This document shows, piece by piece, positions 43,800-52,700 of a DNA stretch of 64,000 nucleotides. The notes under the pieces are model-generated. The model ran no database searches and was not told where the DNA came from. It was given only the letters and a program-made list of their open reading frames with translations. Every line of letters starts with the position of its first letter. Within the stretch, counting starts at the first letter, position 1. Both the position numbers and the translations under genes were made by a program. Origin of the DNA: an uncultured bacterium (GTDB taxonomy: Bacteria > Bacillota_I > Bacilli_A > RFN20 > CAG-826). The DNA lies in NCBI GenBank assembly GCA_949295325.1, contig CASFKG010000001.1, positions 485,119-549,118 on the forward strand, written 5' to 3'.

Positions 43800-45037
43800 C
43801 TCCTGTGCCCTCCTATCTGTCCGTGTCTTTCCCTGATCATCGAGTAGGGCAATAGGGAGGTTGCCCTGAGCACGGCGTTTTTCCCGTACGTCTCGTTTAT
43901 CGCGTCCATCGCATATGAGAGGCGCTCGTTTTTAATGAGCACTTCGGCATCGTCAAAATATGAAAACTGCGCAAAATCCCCTTGGCTTGAAAGTTTTCCC
44001 AGAGACACGGATATCGCGATTATCCTTCCCTCTTCGATTTCCGAATAAAGGGATTCGGCTTCTTTGAAGACGGCATCGTTTTCGTAGGTTCGGTATGGCA
44101 ATGTCCTCTGCTTTGAAAAATTCGGAGCATCGCCGTATCCGACGTAGAGGTGGAGCGATTTGCATTGCTTGTTCTGGCGCCTTAGGCGATAGCAAAGCTC
44201 GTCCACGATTTCCCTAAGTATCAGCCTTCCTTCTTTCTTGCCATAGGGCCTATAGAGGGTCTGGCCGTAATTTAGGCTCGGGTTTTCGGGAACGTACTTT
44301 TCGGAGATCACCGAACCGTCGATCCCGTTTGCCAGATCACCCAATTGCCTTCCCATTACCCCGAATTCCCTTTCCAGGCATTCGGGACTGGTCTCGGCCA
44401 ATTCCTTCAGGCTTTTTATGCCGATGCGCGATAGGTGGGACTTGATGCCTTTATTGATACCCCAGATGTTTTCGATGGGTTTCACATTCCAGAGTTTTGT
44501 TTTGACGTCTTCCATCTTCCATCTGGCTATGTAGGGCGGCTTCTTTTTGCCCTCGTTGTCGAGGCAGGCCTTCGCCATGAACGGATTGGGCCCGAGGCCG
44601 CAGGTGGCGATGAGGCCGGTCTTGGCGTATATGGTTTTCTGTATGTCCCTGCATATGTCTTCGGGCGTTTTTCCGTAATAGGAAACATAGGGAGTCAGGT
44701 CTACAAAGGACTCGTCGACCGAATAGACGTGGAGGTCTTCCTCCGATACGAAGTCTAGAAATATCGAGACCACTTTTGCCGATAGCCTCAGGTACATTTC
44801 CATCCTGGGAACGGCGAAGATTAGTCCTTTTACCCGCGGGAGTTCCTTTTTCCTGCAGACATTGGAAAGCCCGTATTTGCTTTTCAGATAGGGTGTGACC
44901 GACATCACCACCGTGTTCGGACCCCTGTTTGGATCGACGCAGGCCAAAGGCGTCTTGAAAGGGTCGAGGTGTCTTACGGCGCATTCGGCGGAAGCATAGA
45001 AACTCTTTAGGTCTATGACCGCTATTACCCTTTCCAT
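43796..45037 (-). CDS. Y-family DNA polymerase (UmuC/UvrX/YqjW-like)
   Basis: IDLKSFYASAEC, VPRM, YSVDESF, WGI; C-terminal IGGH. Confidence 0.93.
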   Translation of the reverse strand: MERVIAVIDLKSFYASAECAVRHLDPFKTPLACVDPNRGPNTVVMSVTPYLKSKYGLSNVCRKKELPRVKGLIFAVPRMEMYLRLSAKVVSIFLDFVSEEDLHVYSVDESFVDLTPYVSYYGKTPEDICRDIQKTIYAKTGLIATCGLGPNPFMAKACLDNEGKKKPPYIARWKMEDVKTKLWNVKPIENIWGINKGIKSHLSRIGIKSLKELAETSPECLEREFGVMGRQLGDLANGIDGSVISEKYVPENPSLNYGQTLYRPYGKKEGRLILREIVDELCYRLRRQNKQCKSLHLYVGYGDAPNFSKQRTLPYRTYENDAVFKEAESLYSEIEEGRIIAISVSLGKLSSQGDFAQFSYFDDAEVLIKNERLSYAMDAINETYGKNAVLRATSLLPYSMIRERHGQIGGHRR

Positions 45038-45226
45038 GACCCCAATTCTAGTCATAGGAAAACGGCACTGAAGTCTTGCATTTGGGAAAGTGGCCTTTTA
45101 AGCCCACTCGAGTTTTTGGCATTGACATCGACCGGGTCCGGCGGTCTGGCCTGCCTCCGCCGCCTTCCCTTTCGATAACGCACTCGCTCAAAACGGTTCC
45201 CGTACCCTTTGATTTGGGGGTTTTCG

Positions 45227-45255
45227 TTGCCTGAAGACTTCAACAAACATATAAT
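45227..45255 (+). promoter_or_regulatory. Sigma-A promoter of tRNA-Ala
   Basis: TTGCCT, 17 nt, TATAAT. Confidence 0.75.
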
Positions 45256-45267
45256 TAAGCCCGCTTC

Positions 45268-45343
45268 GGGGCCGTAGCACAGCTGGGAGTGCGCCTCGTT
45301 CGCATCGAGGAGGTCGCGAGTTCGAGCCTCGTCGGCTCCACCA
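45268..45343 (+). tRNA. tRNA-Ala (anticodon CGC)
   Basis: 76-nt cloverleaf: acceptor GGGGCCG/CGGCTCC with G3:U70, anticodon arm CCTCG-TTCGCAT-CGAGG, TTCGA T-loop, encoded CCA. Confidence 0.97.
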
Positions 45344-45353
45344 AAGCGAAATT

Positions 45354-45374
45354 AACGCCCTCGGGGCGTTTTTT
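45354..45374 (+). terminator. tRNA terminator
   Basis: AACGCCC-TCG-GGGCGTT followed by TTTT. Confidence 0.8.
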
Positions 45375-45449
45375 CGTTTTTCCAATCGGAAACGAAAAAA
45401 CAAAGTGCACGAAGTTTCTTCCAGACCGCCGAGGATGTAGACTATTGGG

Positions 45450-45851
45450 GTGATTTCGAACCTGCTACATGTTTTGTTCCATATCGGGAAGGTAGTGGTT
45501 GCCGACGGAAAGAAGAGGTTTTTATATTCTCTCCTACACGTCTTACTGGTGGCAGCCGCGATCGGACTAGGCCTTTTCATATACTGGGGTTTCAAGAACG
45601 TAGGAAGCTATTTCGGCAGCAATTTCTGGTATGGCATCGGAATATGCATTGCCATGGGGTTTGCCTTTGCCATAGGCCTTTACCTCTTGATCGAAGGCGT
45701 ACTCGCCCAGCTGGTGACCGCGGTTACGGCATTGATCGGCGTCTTCGTCCCCAAAAATCACCTGTACAATCTTCTTGCCATGTTCGTATCCTCGGCTTCT
45801 TTGGCCCTAGGCGCTTTCGCGGTCTACGCCCTTTACCCATACATTCTCTGA
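45450..45851 (+). CDS. Hypothetical membrane protein (3-4 TM)
   Basis: Hydrophobic 133-aa ORF, GTG start 6 nt after TAGACT; ends 5 nt before nrdG. Confidence 0.7.
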   Translation: MISNLLHVLFHIGKVVVADGKKRFLYSLLHVLLVAAAIGLGLFIYWGFKNVGSYFGSNFWYGIGICIAMGFAFAIGLYLLIEGVLAQLVTAVTALIGVFVPKNHLYNLLAMFVSSASLALGAFAVYALYPYIL

Positions 45852-45856
45852 TTTCC

Positions 45857-46552
45857 ATGGATTTCAGCGGACTTGAGAAGCTCTCGCTCGTCGACTTCGA
45901 CGACAAAATAACCTGCACGTTGTTTTCGGCCGGCTGCAACATGCGTTGCCCTTTCTGCCATAACGGGCCGCTGGTCGTCCACGCGGACAGGGCAAGGAAG
46001 ATCCCTTGGACGGAAATAAGATCCTACCTCGAAAAAAGGAAGGGGATGCTCGATGCCGTCACGATTTCGGGCGGGGAGCCGTTGCTATATCCGGACGTCG
46101 CGGCGAGGATCAGGGAAATAAAAGACCTCGGCTTTTTGATCAAACTCGATACGAACGGCAGTTTCCCCGATCGGCTCGAAGCCCTCGTGGCCTTGGGACT
46201 CGTTGACTATGTGGCGATGGACATCAAGAACAGTAAGGGAAAGTATCCAATGACCGTCGGCGTCGGCGATTTCGACGTTTCCAAGGTTGAAGCATCCGTT
46301 TCCTTTTTGCTGAAGGGCACGGTGGATTACGAATTCAGGACCACGGTCATGGAGGAATTCCATGACGCGGACGACTTCAAGGACATTGCCGATTGGGTGA
46401 AGGGAGCCAAGCGTTACTTCATCCAGGAGTACAAGGATAGGGAAGGGTGCATAGAGCGCGGTTTCCACATGGTTCCAAAAGAAAAGGCCTTGGAATTCAA
46501 GGCCTTATTGGAAGCAGAGGGGATCCCCGCTAGGCTAAGGGGATACGATTAA
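45857..46552 (+). CDS. nrdG: Anaerobic RNR activating enzyme (radical SAM)
   Basis: CNMRCPFCHN, ISGGEP, KLDTNGS, YVAMDIK, YEFRTT; near nrdD. Confidence 0.92.
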   Translation: MDFSGLEKLSLVDFDDKITCTLFSAGCNMRCPFCHNGPLVVHADRARKIPWTEIRSYLEKRKGMLDAVTISGGEPLLYPDVAARIREIKDLGFLIKLDTNGSFPDRLEALVALGLVDYVAMDIKNSKGKYPMTVGVGDFDVSKVEASVSFLLKGTVDYEFRTTVMEEFHDADDFKDIADWVKGAKRYFIQEYKDREGCIERGFHMVPKEKALEFKALLEAEGIPARLRGYD

Positions 46553-47463
46553 TTGATCGACCGCAGGTAATTCAAGGCGCCTAAGGCAGCTATGGCACCG
46601 TCGTTCTCGGCGGTGACGACCTGCCTTATTTTCTTTTGCCGGGTGTCGCCGGCGGCGAAGACGCCGGGAGTCGAAGAGGCCATCGACTCATCGGTCACTA
46701 TGTAGCCTTTTTCATCAAGCTCGACGATATTCGCAAATCGTCTGTTATCCGGTTCTTGCCCGACGGCAATGAAGGCACCAGCCGCCGGTATTGTTACCCT
46801 TTCTTTGCTCTTGGTGTTTTCGAAAGTTACGGATTCCAGGTTCTCGTCACCATTGAACGAGATGGTGTTTAGGTTATGCAAAACCGACACATTTGGAAGA
46901 GAAAACAGGGTTTTTACGAGGCTTTCTTCACCGAAGAACTTGTCGAATAGGGTAACGACCGTGACCTTTTTGCAGAGGCTGGACAGGGTAATGGCATACT
47001 GAAGGGCGCTATTGGCATCGCCTATCACCAATACGTCTTCCCCTTGGAAGAAGGCCCCGTCGCAGACGGCACAATAACTGACCCCGTGGCCGACAAGGCC
47101 TTCCTCGCCTTCGACGCCGAGGTGCTTGTGCCTGGCACCGTTTGCGATTATCACCGCATCGCCGATGTAGGCCGCGTATCGTCCCTTGGCCTTGAAGGCG
47201 TTTCCTTCTTTGACGACCCCGGTGATTTCGTCGAGCTCGAATCCGGCTCCAAGATCGGTGGCCTGATTGAACATTTTATCGGCGAGTTCGATTCCGCTCA
47301 CCGCGGGGATGCCGGGGTAGTTGTCAACCCTCGGGCAATCCGCGATTTGCCCGCCTATCGAATTCTTTTCGATAAGCAGGGGATCGGCACCGCCCCTGGA
47401 AAGGTAAACGGCGGCCGTTAAAGCCGCCGGTCCCCCGCCGATTATCAGTACCTTAGGCCGCAT
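46549..47463 (-). CDS. trxB: Thioredoxin reductase
   Basis: GGGPA, GVSYCAVCDG redox motif, GVFAAGD. Confidence 0.92.
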   Translation of the reverse strand: MRPKVLIIGGGPAALTAAVYLSRGGADPLLIEKNSIGGQIADCPRVDNYPGIPAVSGIELADKMFNQATDLGAGFELDEITGVVKEGNAFKAKGRYAAYIGDAVIIANGARHKHLGVEGEEGLVGHGVSYCAVCDGAFFQGEDVLVIGDANSALQYAITLSSLCKKVTVVTLFDKFFGEESLVKTLFSLPNVSVLHNLNTISFNGDENLESVTFENTKSKERVTIPAAGAFIAVGQEPDNRRFANIVELDEKGYIVTDESMASSTPGVFAAGDTRQKKIRQVVTAENDGAIAALGALNYLRSIN

Positions 47464-49843
47464 GGCCCTTCTGGGCTTCGATGTAGCCCTTGATAAGCGA
47501 GGCGTTTTCGTAGATGTCGAAGTGTTCGCCGTTGGGGACCACGAGACTCGGAGCCTTCATGATTCCCAAGGACTTCGCAAGTTCCTTGTTCTGCATCGCG
47601 TCGACGTTGCGGTAGGCAAAGCCTTCGCGGTCAAGCAGTTCCTTGGCCATCTTGCAGTTGGGGCAGGTCGGGGAAGTGAAGAGAAGGGGTTCGGTAAGGC
47701 AAGGCCTTTCGTCTTTACGGAGATCGACCTTGAGCGAGCATGCATCCCCTTCCTCGGCCTTCGGGGCTTCGGCATCGTTTATGACGTAGGTCTTGCGGTC
47801 GGCGAATTCCTGTCTCTTGCCGTCGTTCCAGTTCTTCACCGGACGGTAGTAGCCGGTAATGCGGCTATATACCTCTGTTTCCTTGTGGCAGATCGGGCAG
47901 CTATAAGCTTCGCCTGAGATGTATCCGTGGTCTTTGCAGACCGAGTAGGTCGGGGACATCGTGTAATAAGGGAGTTTGTAATTCTCCGCGATTTTGCGGA
48001 CGAGGCTCATGCAGGATTGCCAAGAAGGCAGCCTTTGCCCGAGGAAGGCATGGAAGACGGTTCCGGAGGTATATAGCGTCTGGAAACGGTCTTCGATGTC
48101 GAGGGCCTGGAAGATGTCCTCGGTGTAGCCGACCGGGAGATGGCTCGAATTGGTGTAGTAGGGGGTTCCGTTTTCTCCACCTGCGGTGATTATGTCCGGA
48201 TACCTTTCCTTGTCGTGTTTGGCAAGGCGGTAGGCGGTCGATTCGGCCGGGGTGGCTTCGAGATTGAAGAGGTCACCGAAGCGTTCCTGGTAGTCGCTAA
48301 GCTTGGTGCGCATGTGGTTTAGCACTTCGACGGTGAAGTCCTGCGCTTCCTTGTTGGTCAGATCCTTCCTAATCCAGCGGGCATTTAAGCAGGCTTCGTT
48401 CATGCCGACGAGGCCGATGGTGGAGAAGTGGTTCTTGAAGGTGCCGAGGTAATGCTTGGTGTAGGGATATAGACCGGCTTCCAGGAAGGAAGTAACGGCC
48501 TTGCGCTTGATGTCGAGGGAGCGGGCCGCGATATCCATCAGGTGGTCGAGGCGCTTATAGAAATCCTCTTTGTCGGTCGCAAGGTAGGCTATGCGCGGGA
48601 TATTGAGGGTGACGACGCCGATGGAACCGGTGGATTCGCCGGACCCGAAGTAGCCGCCAGACTTCTTGCGGAGTTCCCGTAGGTCGAGCCTCAGACGGCA
48701 GCACATCGAACGCACGTCGCTGGGTTCCATGTCCGAGTTGATGTAGTTGCTGAAATAGGGGGTGCCGTACTTAGCGGTCATCGTGAACAAGAGCCTGTTG
48801 TTTTCGGTATCCGACCAGTCAAAGTCCTTGGTGATGGAGTAGGTCGGAATCGGGTATTGAAACCCGCGGCCGTTGGCATCGCCTTCGATCATGACTTCGA
48901 TGAAGGCCTTGTTGACCATGGCCATTTCCTTGACGCAGTCACGGTACTTGAAGTCCATCTCCTTGCCGCCGACGATGCAGTTGAGGTTCGCCATGTCGTT
49001 GGGCACGGTCCAGTCCAACGTGACGTTGGTAAACGGGGCCTGGGTACCCCATCTAGACGGGGTATTGACGCCGTAGATGAAGCTTTGGATGGCCTGCTTG
49101 ACTTCTTTGTAGGAAAGGTTGTCGGCCTTGACGAAAGGAGCAAGATAAGTATCGAAACTCGAGAAGGCCTGGGCCCCGGCCCATTCGTTCTGCATGATGC
49201 CTAGGAAGTTGACCATCTGGTTGCAAAGGGTCATGAGGTGTTTGGCCGGGGAAGAGGTAATCTTGCCCGGAACGCCGCCTAGACCGTCTTTGATTAACTG
49301 TTTCAAAGACCAGCCGGCACAGTAGCCGGTAAGCATGGACAGGTCGTGGATGTGCATGTCCGCGTTGCGGTGGGCATCGGCGATCTCCTTATCGTAGATT
49401 TCGCTAAGCCAGTAGTTAGCAGTAACGGCACCGGAGTTGCTCAGGATCAAGCCGCCGACCGAATAGGTAACGGTGGAATTTTCCTTGACGCGCCAGTCGT
49501 TGATTTTTAGGTAATTGTCGACCACCGACTTGTAGTCGAGGTTGGTCGCCTTGATTTCGCGTAGCGCCTGATGCTTCTTGCGGTAGTCCATGTAGGACTT
49601 CGCAACGTCGCTATATCCGCTTTCCACGAGGACGAATTCGACTCCGTCCTGTATGTCTTCGACATCAAGCAAACCGTCCTTGACTTTGTCGTTGGTCTTC
49701 GCGACCACGCGTAAGGCCAACAGTTCGATGATATCGTCATTGATTTCCTTATGCTCGGCGACGAAGGCTTTTTTCATCGCGGCTTCGATCTTCTTGATGT
49801 CGAAGGGGACCACCTTGCCGTCTCTTTTCTTGATTTGAACCAT
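47453..49843 (-). CDS. nrdD: Class III ribonucleoside-triphosphate reductase with ATP cone and C-terminal glutaredoxin/NrdH-like domain
   Basis: IKKRDG ATP cone; HIHDL; RSMCCRL finger loop; YSRITGYY glycyl loop; tail LFTSPTCPNCKMAK...APSL. Confidence 0.95.
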   Translation of the reverse strand: MVQIKKRDGKVVPFDIKKIEAAMKKAFVAEHKEINDDIIELLALRVVAKTNDKVKDGLLDVEDIQDGVEFVLVESGYSDVAKSYMDYRKKHQALREIKATNLDYKSVVDNYLKINDWRVKENSTVTYSVGGLILSNSGAVTANYWLSEIYDKEIADAHRNADMHIHDLSMLTGYCAGWSLKQLIKDGLGGVPGKITSSPAKHLMTLCNQMVNFLGIMQNEWAGAQAFSSFDTYLAPFVKADNLSYKEVKQAIQSFIYGVNTPSRWGTQAPFTNVTLDWTVPNDMANLNCIVGGKEMDFKYRDCVKEMAMVNKAFIEVMIEGDANGRGFQYPIPTYSITKDFDWSDTENNRLLFTMTAKYGTPYFSNYINSDMEPSDVRSMCCRLRLDLRELRKKSGGYFGSGESTGSIGVVTLNIPRIAYLATDKEDFYKRLDHLMDIAARSLDIKRKAVTSFLEAGLYPYTKHYLGTFKNHFSTIGLVGMNEACLNARWIRKDLTNKEAQDFTVEVLNHMRTKLSDYQERFGDLFNLEATPAESTAYRLAKHDKERYPDIITAGGENGTPYYTNSSHLPVGYTEDIFQALDIEDRFQTLYTSGTVFHAFLGQRLPSWQSCMSLVRKIAENYKLPYYTMSPTYSVCKDHGYISGEAYSCPICHKETEVYSRITGYYRPVKNWNDGKRQEFADRKTYVINDAEAPKAEEGDACSLKVDLRKDERPCLTEPLLFTSPTCPNCKMAKELLDREGFAYRNVDAMQNKELAKSLGIMKAPSLVVPNGEHFDIYENASLIKGYIEAQKGHAA

Positions 49844-50179
49844 CTTTTCCTCCTACTTCTTGGCGGGGTTTGAAAACCCCTCGATTGCCTTTTTTTGGGG
49901 TTTATCTCACGTTTCCGTGCCCGTTCATCTTAAGATGCCGGAAGGATATTTCAAAACAATTTGCAGACCCAAAATGTTTATTCGGAATTAGAACAATCAT
50001 CATTATTGGAAAAAGGTGGCTTGTATCGGGAGAAAACTACCTTCTATGCGGTCGTCCGGAAATTCATTTCCCGGTACTAGACACTGTATAAGTTTTCCCT
50101 AAGCCTTTTTCTTGAAGTTATGATTTTCATGGTCTAAGGACACAGATATACTTCCCTCGCCCAAGCCAAAGGAGCTTTT

Positions 50180-50935
50180 ATGGAAAAAGAAAGAAAGCCA
50201 AAAATCACAAAAGAAGAAAAGAAGAAAGCCAAAGCTGAAAAGCGGAAGAAACTGCGCGAGGAAGGCAAGGGCATCGTAAACGAATTCAGAAAATTCATAA
50301 GCCGCGGCAACGTGGTCGATCTCGCCGTCGGCGTCATAATAGGCAGTGCGTTCAGCGCAATCGTGACCGCGCTGACCAATATATTCCTAAGTATCTGCAC
50401 CTGGTGGATTCCCGGAGGCCTCAGCGGATTGGTTACCTGTTTGCCTGCGACCAATGCGGCGCAGGCGGGCGTGGCCGGAATCGGGCAGTCCTTCGCCTCT
50501 TCCGAGTTGGAGGAAATGACGATCATCTTCGCGGCTACCCGCGGGGCCGAGGGTTTGGAAGCCACCGATGCGAATTTCATGGATTTCCAGAATGCATTGC
50601 TGTCAAATTACACCAACCATGGCGGCACTTATTATTACAACGGCGCCAACCTCATAGACTGGGGTGCTTTCCTGAACGCTGTCATAACCTTCTTGCTCAT
50701 AGCCGTCGTCCTCTTCCTCATCGTGAAGGCTATCAACATGGTCCACAAAAAGGCCGATGCGATAAAGGCCGCCCAGCTTGAGGCCTATTATGTAAAACAC
50801 CCCGACGAAAGGCCCGCTCCGGTCGTCGAAGGCGCTCCAAAACTAAGTGAAACGGATCTGCTTATCCAAATCAGGGACGAACTCAAGAAGAGCAACGAGT
50901 CGAAAGTAAAAATAAGCGATGATGCAGGCGTTTGA
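50180..50935 (+). CDS. mscL: Large-conductance mechanosensitive channel, extended form
   Basis: EFRKFISRGNVVDLAVGVIIGSAF, GAFLNAVITFLLIA, LLIQIRDEL. Confidence 0.92.
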   Translation: MEKERKPKITKEEKKKAKAEKRKKLREEGKGIVNEFRKFISRGNVVDLAVGVIIGSAFSAIVTALTNIFLSICTWWIPGGLSGLVTCLPATNAAQAGVAGIGQSFASSELEEMTIIFAATRGAEGLEATDANFMDFQNALLSNYTNHGGTYYYNGANLIDWGAFLNAVITFLLIAVVLFLIVKAINMVHKKADAIKAAQLEAYYVKHPDERPAPVVEGAPKLSETDLLIQIRDELKKSNESKVKISDDAGV

Positions 50936-51749
50936 TCTAGGAGGCTGTCATTGCCGCTACGGCACGACTGCGGAGGGCCGTGTCGTCTATATTTCCGGGA
51001 CCGGCCTTAGCGTCAACGGAATAACGGTTGATGTTCGCGATTTTTCCGGAAGTCTAAAAGACGTTTTCGATGACCCTAGGATTCTCAAGCCGGCAACGGG
51101 TTTGGTTCTTTCGGGACGCTATCCTATCGAAATAAGGGGCGGGACTCCTGCTTTGGCCATTGCGGCCCTGATACTCATTTTGCAGGGGGTATCCACATCG
51201 GAAATCTCCGTAAAAATTCCATCGATAGATGAAAATGACCTGAAGGAATCCATCTTTTTGATCAACGCAAAGCACAACGATTTCGAGGGCTTTTTCGAGG
51301 GCTTGGGATTCGACGACGATAGCTTCAAAGCCGTTTCCAATATTCTCGGGAAGCGGGAACTGAGCGCCGGAGCCGTTCTCGTGTCTCCTAGGGGCAGATA
51401 CCTTGTTGAACACATGGCGCTTGGCCATTACTCCTTGCCTAAAGGCCATAAGGAAGAGTCCGATGCCGATCTCGTCGATACTGCGAAAAGGGAGATAAAG
51501 GAAGAACTAGGGCTTCTTGCCGACATCGATGCCGATTTCGACCAAGTCATCCGTTATTCGCCCTACGATGGAGTTATAAAAGACGTGCATTTCTTCATAG
51601 GAAAAGCCAAGGAAGACGGCATGGTCCTCCAAAAAGAAGAAGTCTCCGATGCCTATTGGCTAGAACCCGCCGATGCCTATCGGACTTTAAGCCACGGCTC
51701 CGACCGGGAGATTCTCCAGAAGGCACATGCCTATCTATACAAGGGCTAA
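50919..51749 (+). CDS. Nudix hydrolase (Ap4A-hydrolase-like) with a degenerate tyrosine-phosphatase-like N-terminal domain
   Basis: SAGAV, LPKGH...AKREIKEELG Nudix box, KDVHFF; N-domain discussed under findings. Confidence 0.75.
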   Translation: MMQAFDLGGCHCRYGTTAEGRVVYISGTGLSVNGITVDVRDFSGSLKDVFDDPRILKPATGLVLSGRYPIEIRGGTPALAIAALILILQGVSTSEISVKIPSIDENDLKESIFLINAKHNDFEGFFEGLGFDDDSFKAVSNILGKRELSAGAVLVSPRGRYLVEHMALGHYSLPKGHKEESDADLVDTAKREIKEELGLLADIDADFDQVIRYSPYDGVIKDVHFFIGKAKEDGMVLQKEEVSDAYWLEPADAYRTLSHGSDREILQKAHAYLYKG

Positions 51750-52622
51750 CTTTTCCATTATGTGGCGGGCGTAGGCCCCGGCCACGTTAATACCGGTTAC
51801 CGATTCTATTCCGGTGAGGAAGGCATTGGAGTTTACCTCGCAGAGAACCACATCTCCATTTGCACCTTCGAGTAGATCTATGCCGCAGTAATCCAATCCC
51901 AAGATGGAGGCCGCCTTCAAAGCGGCCTTTTCCTGTTCTTCCGACAAGATTATCTTGGTTCCCCTTCCTCCTTGGGCGATGTTGCTGCGGAAGTCCCCTG
52001 ATTCGTTCTTGCGTTTCATGGCGGCAACGACCTTCCCGCCCGTAACGATAACCCTGTAGTCGAAGCCGAAGCTCGTTGATACGAATTCCTGGTATAGGCG
52101 GGGGTAATACAGGAGCCTCTGTTCAAACGAATCGAGTTCCTGCCTATTCTTTATCAGGTGGACTTCGCGTCCAAGGCTCCCGAAGTTCGACTTGGCTACC
52201 ATGGGAAAGCCGAGTTCCCGTTCGAGGTTGTCCAAAAAGGCTTTGGTCGATTCGCCTGTGTAATTTAGGGGAGCGCTTATGGTTTTTGGCATTCTGATGC
52301 CGGCATTTGAAAGCGCCAAATGGGTAAGCATCTTGTCATCGCAGAGGCTTATGGCCCTCGCGGAGTTGAATACCTTGTAGCCTAGCCGCTCCAAGCCGGT
52401 CGACAGGTAGAGGTCCTTGTCGAGGAACAAGACGAAATCCGCATTGCCTAGGTTCGAAACGAGATTTCCGCAGGAATTCAGGTAGAAGAGGATTCGGTCG
52501 GTTCTTACCAAATCGAGTTCGGTAGAAAATGCCGAAAACTCTTCCTTCATCCGTTTGTAGAAATGGAGAATCGAAGGAGAGGGGCTGAAGGCATTTACGA
52601 TGCATATTCCTTTTTTGGCCAC
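51735..52622 (-). CDS. RimK/LysX-family ATP-grasp ligase
   Basis: CDDKMLT, MPKT, GSLGREV, DYRVIV, FRSNIAQGG, GIDLL, CEVNS. Confidence 0.92.
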   Translation of the reverse strand: MAKKGICIVNAFSPSPSILHFYKRMKEEFSAFSTELDLVRTDRILFYLNSCGNLVSNLGNADFVLFLDKDLYLSTGLERLGYKVFNSARAISLCDDKMLTHLALSNAGIRMPKTISAPLNYTGESTKAFLDNLERELGFPMVAKSNFGSLGREVHLIKNRQELDSFEQRLLYYPRLYQEFVSTSFGFDYRVIVTGGKVVAAMKRKNESGDFRSNIAQGGRGTKIILSEEQEKAALKAASILGLDYCGIDLLEGANGDVVLCEVNSNAFLTGIESVTGINVAGAYARHIMEKLALV

Positions 52623-52700
52623 GTGGGAAATTATGGCCGCAAGAGGGAAAGAGGGTAAGGGGTATTAACTGGCCATAAAAATGGCATTATCATGTCATAC

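Noticed and set aside
43458-45343. Integrated element at tRNA-Ala carrying umuC/yolD
   Set aside because: The cassette is 5' of the tRNA; no integrase or duplicated tRNA 3' end was seen
49844-50179. NrdR boxes or a riboswitch upstream of nrdD
   Set aside because: Only partial matches (e.g. ACACAGATATAC near 50140) and no tandem pair or recognisable aptamer
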